Shown piece by piece: positions 60,064-64,000 of a stretch of DNA of 64,000 nt (positions within the stretch are counted from its first letter, which is position 1; every line of letters starts with the position of its first letter). Origin of the DNA: Gemmatimonas sp. (GTDB lineage Bacteria; Gemmatimonadota; Gemmatimonadetes; Gemmatimonadales; Gemmatimonadaceae); the NCBI RefSeq assembly GCF_044376735.1, contig NZ_JBILKJ010000007.1:68-64067 (forward strand). Reading direction: 5' to 3'. Position numbers and translations under genes: made by a program. The notes beneath the pieces were generated by a model that ran no database searches, was not told the origin of the DNA, and worked only from the letters and a program-made list of their open reading frames with translations.

Positions 60064-61320
60064 ATGCCCGCCACCCGCTTCCGATTCCGGCGCGCCGCCG
60101 ATTTCACCGCCCTCCGGCTCGGACGGGCGGTCCTCGGCTACCTCGCGTTCGTGACCTCGATCATCACGATGGCGCCTTTCCGCTTTCGGGGGACACCGGC
60201 CCACGGCCTTACCAGTATCTGGAACTGGTCGGACCTCGTGATGAACGTGCTGATGTTCGTACCCTTCGGCTTCGTCTATCAGCTCACGCGGCCCCGCGGC
60301 GCGCCCCCCGACTGGCCGCGCGTGCTGATCCTGGGCGCCGCGCTCAGCGCCACCATCGAGACGGCGCAGCTCTTCTCCCTTACCCGCTACACGTCGCTGC
60401 TGGACCTGGCTACCAACACGGTCGGCGCCGCCCTCGGCGCCTGGCTGTTCGCCCAGCTGGCCCGGCGGGTGGAAGACGATACCGCCGTACAGTCGCTGGC
60501 CCTCGAGCTGCCGCTGATGGGGTTGGTGTACCAGCTCATCCCTCTCTGCTGGCTCATCGGACTGGGCAGCGAAGGCGGGGCCCGCCGTGCCTTCGTGTTG
60601 CCGATCGCGGCCCTCGCAGGCGCGGTGCTGGGCACCGTCCACGCGGCGTACCTCGCCCCGGAACCCCGGCACGATCGCCGCTGGCTGGTCACCCTGGCCC
60701 TTGGCTGGGTGCTCGTGGCGGTGGCCCCCGGTGCCTTGGGCGACCTCGGCCTGATCGGCGCCGGCGCCACCCTCACGGTGGGCGTCGCCCTGCTCCGCAG
60801 CAGCGCGACCGCCCGTCACCGGGCCGTCCACGCGCGTGTCCGGTTCGAACTGCCCACGCTGCGGCTGGTGATGCCGGTGTTCGCCGCGTATCTGGCGCTG
60901 TCCTCGCTGTGGCCGCTCGATGCGGTGACGCCGGAGTGGCACTGGATCGTGGCTCTCGCGCCCGCTCACGTGGAGCTCACGCAGCCCGTGGTGTATCGGC
61001 TGCTGGAGCACGTGGCCGCGTTCACGTTGGTCGGCTACATGATCGCCGAGTTCCACGGCCGCAACGCGCGTGGCCTCCGCGACACCACGCTACGGGTGGC
61101 GCGTTGGGCCGGTGGAATTTCGCTGGTGCTGGAAGTGTCGCGCGGGTGGTACCCCGACACCGGCGCCAGCGTCCTGATGTGGCTCTTCACGGTGGTCGCC
61201 GCGCTGTTCGGGGGCTGGCTGTATCTGCTACAGCGTGATCACGTGCGCGCCCTCGTGGACCGGCGACGACTGCTGGCGTCGCTGGCGGCGGAGCAGTCGG
61301 AGCTGGCAAGGGCAGCGTAG
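60064..61320 (+). CDS. VanZ-family polytopic membrane protein
   Basis: DLVMNVLMFVPFGF; SATIETAQLF..RYTSLLDLATNTVGA; second degenerate VanZ-like half. Confidence 0.8.
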   Translation: MPATRFRFRRAADFTALRLGRAVLGYLAFVTSIITMAPFRFRGTPAHGLTSIWNWSDLVMNVLMFVPFGFVYQLTRPRGAPPDWPRVLILGAALSATIETAQLFSLTRYTSLLDLATNTVGAALGAWLFAQLARRVEDDTAVQSLALELPLMGLVYQLIPLCWLIGLGSEGGARRAFVLPIAALAGAVLGTVHAAYLAPEPRHDRRWLVTLALGWVLVAVAPGALGDLGLIGAGATLTVGVALLRSSATARHRAVHARVRFELPTLRLVMPVFAAYLALSSLWPLDAVTPEWHWIVALAPAHVELTQPVVYRLLEHVAAFTLVGYMIAEFHGRNARGLRDTTLRVARWAGGISLVLEVSRGWYPDTGASVLMWLFTVVAALFGGWLYLLQRDHVRALVDRRRLLASLAAEQSELARAA

Positions 61321-61339
61321 GGGGTCTGGTCGTTGTGGC

Positions 61340-61476
61340 GAACTGATCACGCAGAGAGGCAGAGGGCGTAGAGGACGCAGAGGCGCGCGCGACTGGGTTT
61401 GCGTCGTTTGCCGTGAACAATCGTGACGTTGTTCTCTGCGAGCCCTGCGTTCTCTGCGCCTCCGCGTGATCAGTTC
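61340..61476. repeat. About 136-bp palindromic element with CGCAGAG periodic arms
   Basis: Perfect terminal IR GAACTGATCACGC/GCGTGATCAGTTC; four GCAGAG-type units per arm. Confidence 0.85.
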
Positions 61477-61517
61477 AGCCATGCCGACGCAACGCCCACA
61501 CGCGTTACGTTCCTCCC

Positions 61518-62114
61518 ATGGCGTTCCGCTTCTCGTATCCGCCCCGACTGAAGCAGCTGCTGGGCAGATTCCACTGGACCACGTGGCTCATGCTGGCCCT
61601 TGGTCTCTGGGCCCTTCCGCGCCTGCTGCCCCACGTCGGCGCGCTCGTGAACATCACCGCCCGCGACCGCAGCACACCCACGTTCGACGTGCGTACGCTC
61701 ACCGACTCCACCATCACGTCGCAGTCACTCCGTGGACGCGTCGTACTCGTGAACGTGTGGGCCACGTGGTGCTTGCCGTGCCGGGCGGAAATGCCGCTGC
61801 TCGAGGCCACGTGGAACCGGCACAAGGCGGCTGGACTCGTGGTGCTCGGCGCCTCCGTGGACAAGGGCGATCCGCAAACGGTGCGTGACTTCATCACAGA
61901 GCGCGGCATCAGCTATCCGATCGCCATCGTGAACCCCGACGTGATCGGCGAACTGGGCGGCGTGCGCGGCTATCCCACCTCGATCCTGATTGGGCGCGAC
62001 GGCCGGGTACGGCATCGCGTGATGGGACCGATCGGCCCGCTGTCGCTCGAGCCGGCAATTCGGCGCGCACTTGCGGAGTCACTCAAAACCCCAAACGTTG
62101 ACTCGAAACTCTAG
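61518..62114 (+). CDS. TlpA-family disulfide reductase
   Basis: N-terminal TM; VLVNVWATWCLPCRAEMP; GYPTS. Confidence 0.9.
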   Translation: MAFRFSYPPRLKQLLGRFHWTTWLMLALGLWALPRLLPHVGALVNITARDRSTPTFDVRTLTDSTITSQSLRGRVVLVNVWATWCLPCRAEMPLLEATWNRHKAAGLVVLGASVDKGDPQTVRDFITERGISYPIAIVNPDVIGELGGVRGYPTSILIGRDGRVRHRVMGPIGPLSLEPAIRRALAESLKTPNVDSKL

Positions 62115-62159
62115 ACTCACGTGAGTGGTGGGTCATGAGTACGAGTCCCGGGTCGCCCC

Positions 62160-64000
62160 CTACCGGTACCCCTGCGCCTGCAACTCGAACAGTTCTGCGT
62201 ACCGCCCCTTCCGCGCCAGCAGCTCCTCGTGCGTGCCCATCGAGTCCACCGCGCCCTGGTTCAGCACGAGAATGCGATCGGCCATCCGCACGCTCGAGAA
62301 ACGATGCGAAATGAGCATGCTCGTGCGCCCCGCACTCAACGCCTTGAAGCGCTGAAACACCTCGAACTCCGCCCGCGCATCAAGGGCGGCCGTGGGTTCG
62401 TCGAGCACCAACAGCTGCGCGTCGCGCATGTACGCCCGGGCGATCGCCAGCTTCTGCCACTCACCGCCTGACAGTTCCACCCCCGTGGTAAAGCGCTTGC
62501 CCAGCGGTTGATCATACTGCGCCGGCAGCCGCGCAATCAGCTCGGATGCCAGACTCTGCTCGGCCGATTGCACGATACGCGCCCGGTCTTCACGCTCGTC
62601 GATACGCCCTACGGCAATGTTCTCACCGGCCGTGAGACTGTAGCGCACGAAGTCCTGAAAGATCACGCCCACGTTGGCGCGCAGCGCATCGAGATCGTAC
62701 TCGCGCAGATCGTGTCCGTCCAGCAGAATGCGCCCTTCGCTGGGTTCGTACAACCGCGCCAACAGCTTCACGATCGTGGTCTTGCCGGCGCCGTTCTCGC
62801 CCACCAGCGCCAGTGTTTCGCCGGCGTGCAGTGTGAACGACAAGTGACGCACCGCCCAGTGCTCGGTGCCAGGATACTGGAAGCCCACATCCTGAAATTC
62901 GAAGCCGATGGTGATCGGCTTCGGCACCGCACGCGCCTGTTCGGGTGAATGGATACGCGACGTGATCGTGAAGAACGAAAACAGATCGTCGAGATACAGC
63001 GCCTGACTCGCCGTGCTCGAAAATCCTACCAACAAGCTCGCCAGCAGGTCGCCCAGCCGACGGAACGACCCAGCCAGAAACGTGAGATCTCCGATACTGA
63101 ACTGACCGATGAGTGTGCGCCACGCGATGTAGCCGTAGGCCGTGTAGTAGCCGGCGGTACCGATGGCGGTGAGCAGTCCCATCGTGCTTTCGCGCTTGAT
63201 CGCCAGCGCGCGATTGGCCCGGTACGTATCGAGCGAGATGTCGCGGAATCGGTCGATCAGGAAGCGGTTCAGGCCGAAGATCTTCACTTCCTTGGCCGTT
63301 TCCACACTCGCACCGGTTTGCCGCAGATACTCCAGCAACCGACGCTGCTGGGTGCGCGACCATTGCAGCGCATACTCCAACGCATTGAAGTGCGCCTCGC
63401 CCACGAACGCGGGTACCAGCGCCACCAACAAGAGCAGGATCAGCCACGGCGCGTAGACCACGAGCCCGGCCGCAAAGCTGATGATCGTGATCAGCGTTTG
63501 CACCTGACCGAACACCTGTCCCATCACCCCGAGTCCCTGAAACGTCTGCGTGCGCGCGCGTTCCAGACGGTCCTGTACCTCACTGTCCTCGAACTGTTCG
63601 AGATCGAGTGTAGCCGAGTGCTCCATCAAGCGGATGCTGGTACTGATCGAGAACTGCATCCCGAGCATGCGATCCACCAGCGATCCGGTGCGCGACAGCG
63701 CGTCGGCACCGATCGCCAGCACGAACTCGAGCAGGATGAGCTGCATCGTGCGATCCAGCAGACCACTCGCCACCCACGCACTCCACGTATCGGGGTGCCC
63801 CGGCAGCGCTGCGGTGCGGATCACTTCGTCGATGATCAGCTTGCCCACATACAGCGTGCTCACCGGCAGCAGCGAGCGGATGAGCCGGATGCTGATGGTG
63901 GCGATCGTGAGCGGCGCGCTGGTACCCCACACCAGCAGGAACAGCGGTCCGACGTGCCGGAGCGCGCCGAGCCGTTCGCGGAACGACTTGATCGGTGGTG
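62160..64000 (-). CDS. ABC transporter fused permease/ATPase (5' end outside window)
   Basis: GENGAGKTT; ELSGGEWQK; LDEPTAALD; ISHRFS. Frame stays open past 63932 to the window edge (PPIKSFRERLGALRHVGPLFLLVWG). Confidence 0.93.
   Translation of the reverse strand, partial: PPIKSFRERLGALRHVGPLFLLVWGTSAPLTIATISIRLIRSLLPVSTLYVGKLIIDEVIRTAALPGHPDTWSAWVASGLLDRTMQLILLEFVLAIGADALSRTGSLVDRMLGMQFSISTSIRLMEHSATLDLEQFEDSEVQDRLERARTQTFQGLGVMGQVFGQVQTLITIISFAAGLVVYAPWLILLLLVALVPAFVGEAHFNALEYALQWSRTQQRRLLEYLRQTGASVETAKEVKIFGLNRFLIDRFRDISLDTYRANRALAIKRESTMGLLTAIGTAGYYTAYGYIAWRTLIGQFSIGDLTFLAGSFRRLGDLLASLLVGFSSTASQALYLDDLFSFFTITSRIHSPEQARAVPKPITIGFEFQDVGFQYPGTEHWAVRHLSFTLHAGETLALVGENGAGKTTIVKLLARLYEPSEGRILLDGHDLREYDLDALRANVGVIFQDFVRYSLTAGENIAVGRIDEREDRARIVQSAEQSLASELIARLPAQYDQPLGKRFTTGVELSGGEWQKLAIARAYMRDAQLLVLDEPTAALDARAEFEVFQRFKALSAGRTSMLISHRFSSVRMADRILVLNQGAVDSMGTHEELLARKGRYAELFELQAQGYR

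Noticed and set aside
55590-61320. Beta-lactamase plus vanZ as a resistance locus
   Set aside because: Both belong to broad families with mostly non-resistance members; no van operon or mobile context.

Overview
High-GC window of mostly housekeeping and envelope genes. The gene content (VPS10/BNR glycosyl hydrolases, DUF5117/DUF4953 metalloproteases, a Hanks kinase, a HEAT/HD-GYP pair, plant-type FabI) suggests a Gemmatimonadota-like organism, which is an inference. I found about 46 genes and no rRNA, tRNA, CRISPR array, transposase or prophage. Recognisable modules are an M16 peptidase pair, rlmN next to ettA, ccdA-tlpA, two PLP decarboxylases around a malic enzyme, a sua5-fabI-hybrid kinase run, an SPFH plus ribbon-helix-helix pair, tandem lipoprotein metzincins, the four-gene exonuclease/ligase/Lhr-Core/PdeM DNA-repair cluster, and a five-gene operon containing an uncharacterised HEAT-repeat plus HD-GYP pair. 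The least explained signals are non-coding. There are three distinct palindromic repeat families: a 25-nt REP-like unit clustered on both sides of rlmN, two roughly 136-bp elements sharing AACTG...CAGTT ends, and heptamer-periodic hairpins. A perfect 18-bp palindrome upstream of the SPFH/RHH operon is a likely autoregulatory operator.
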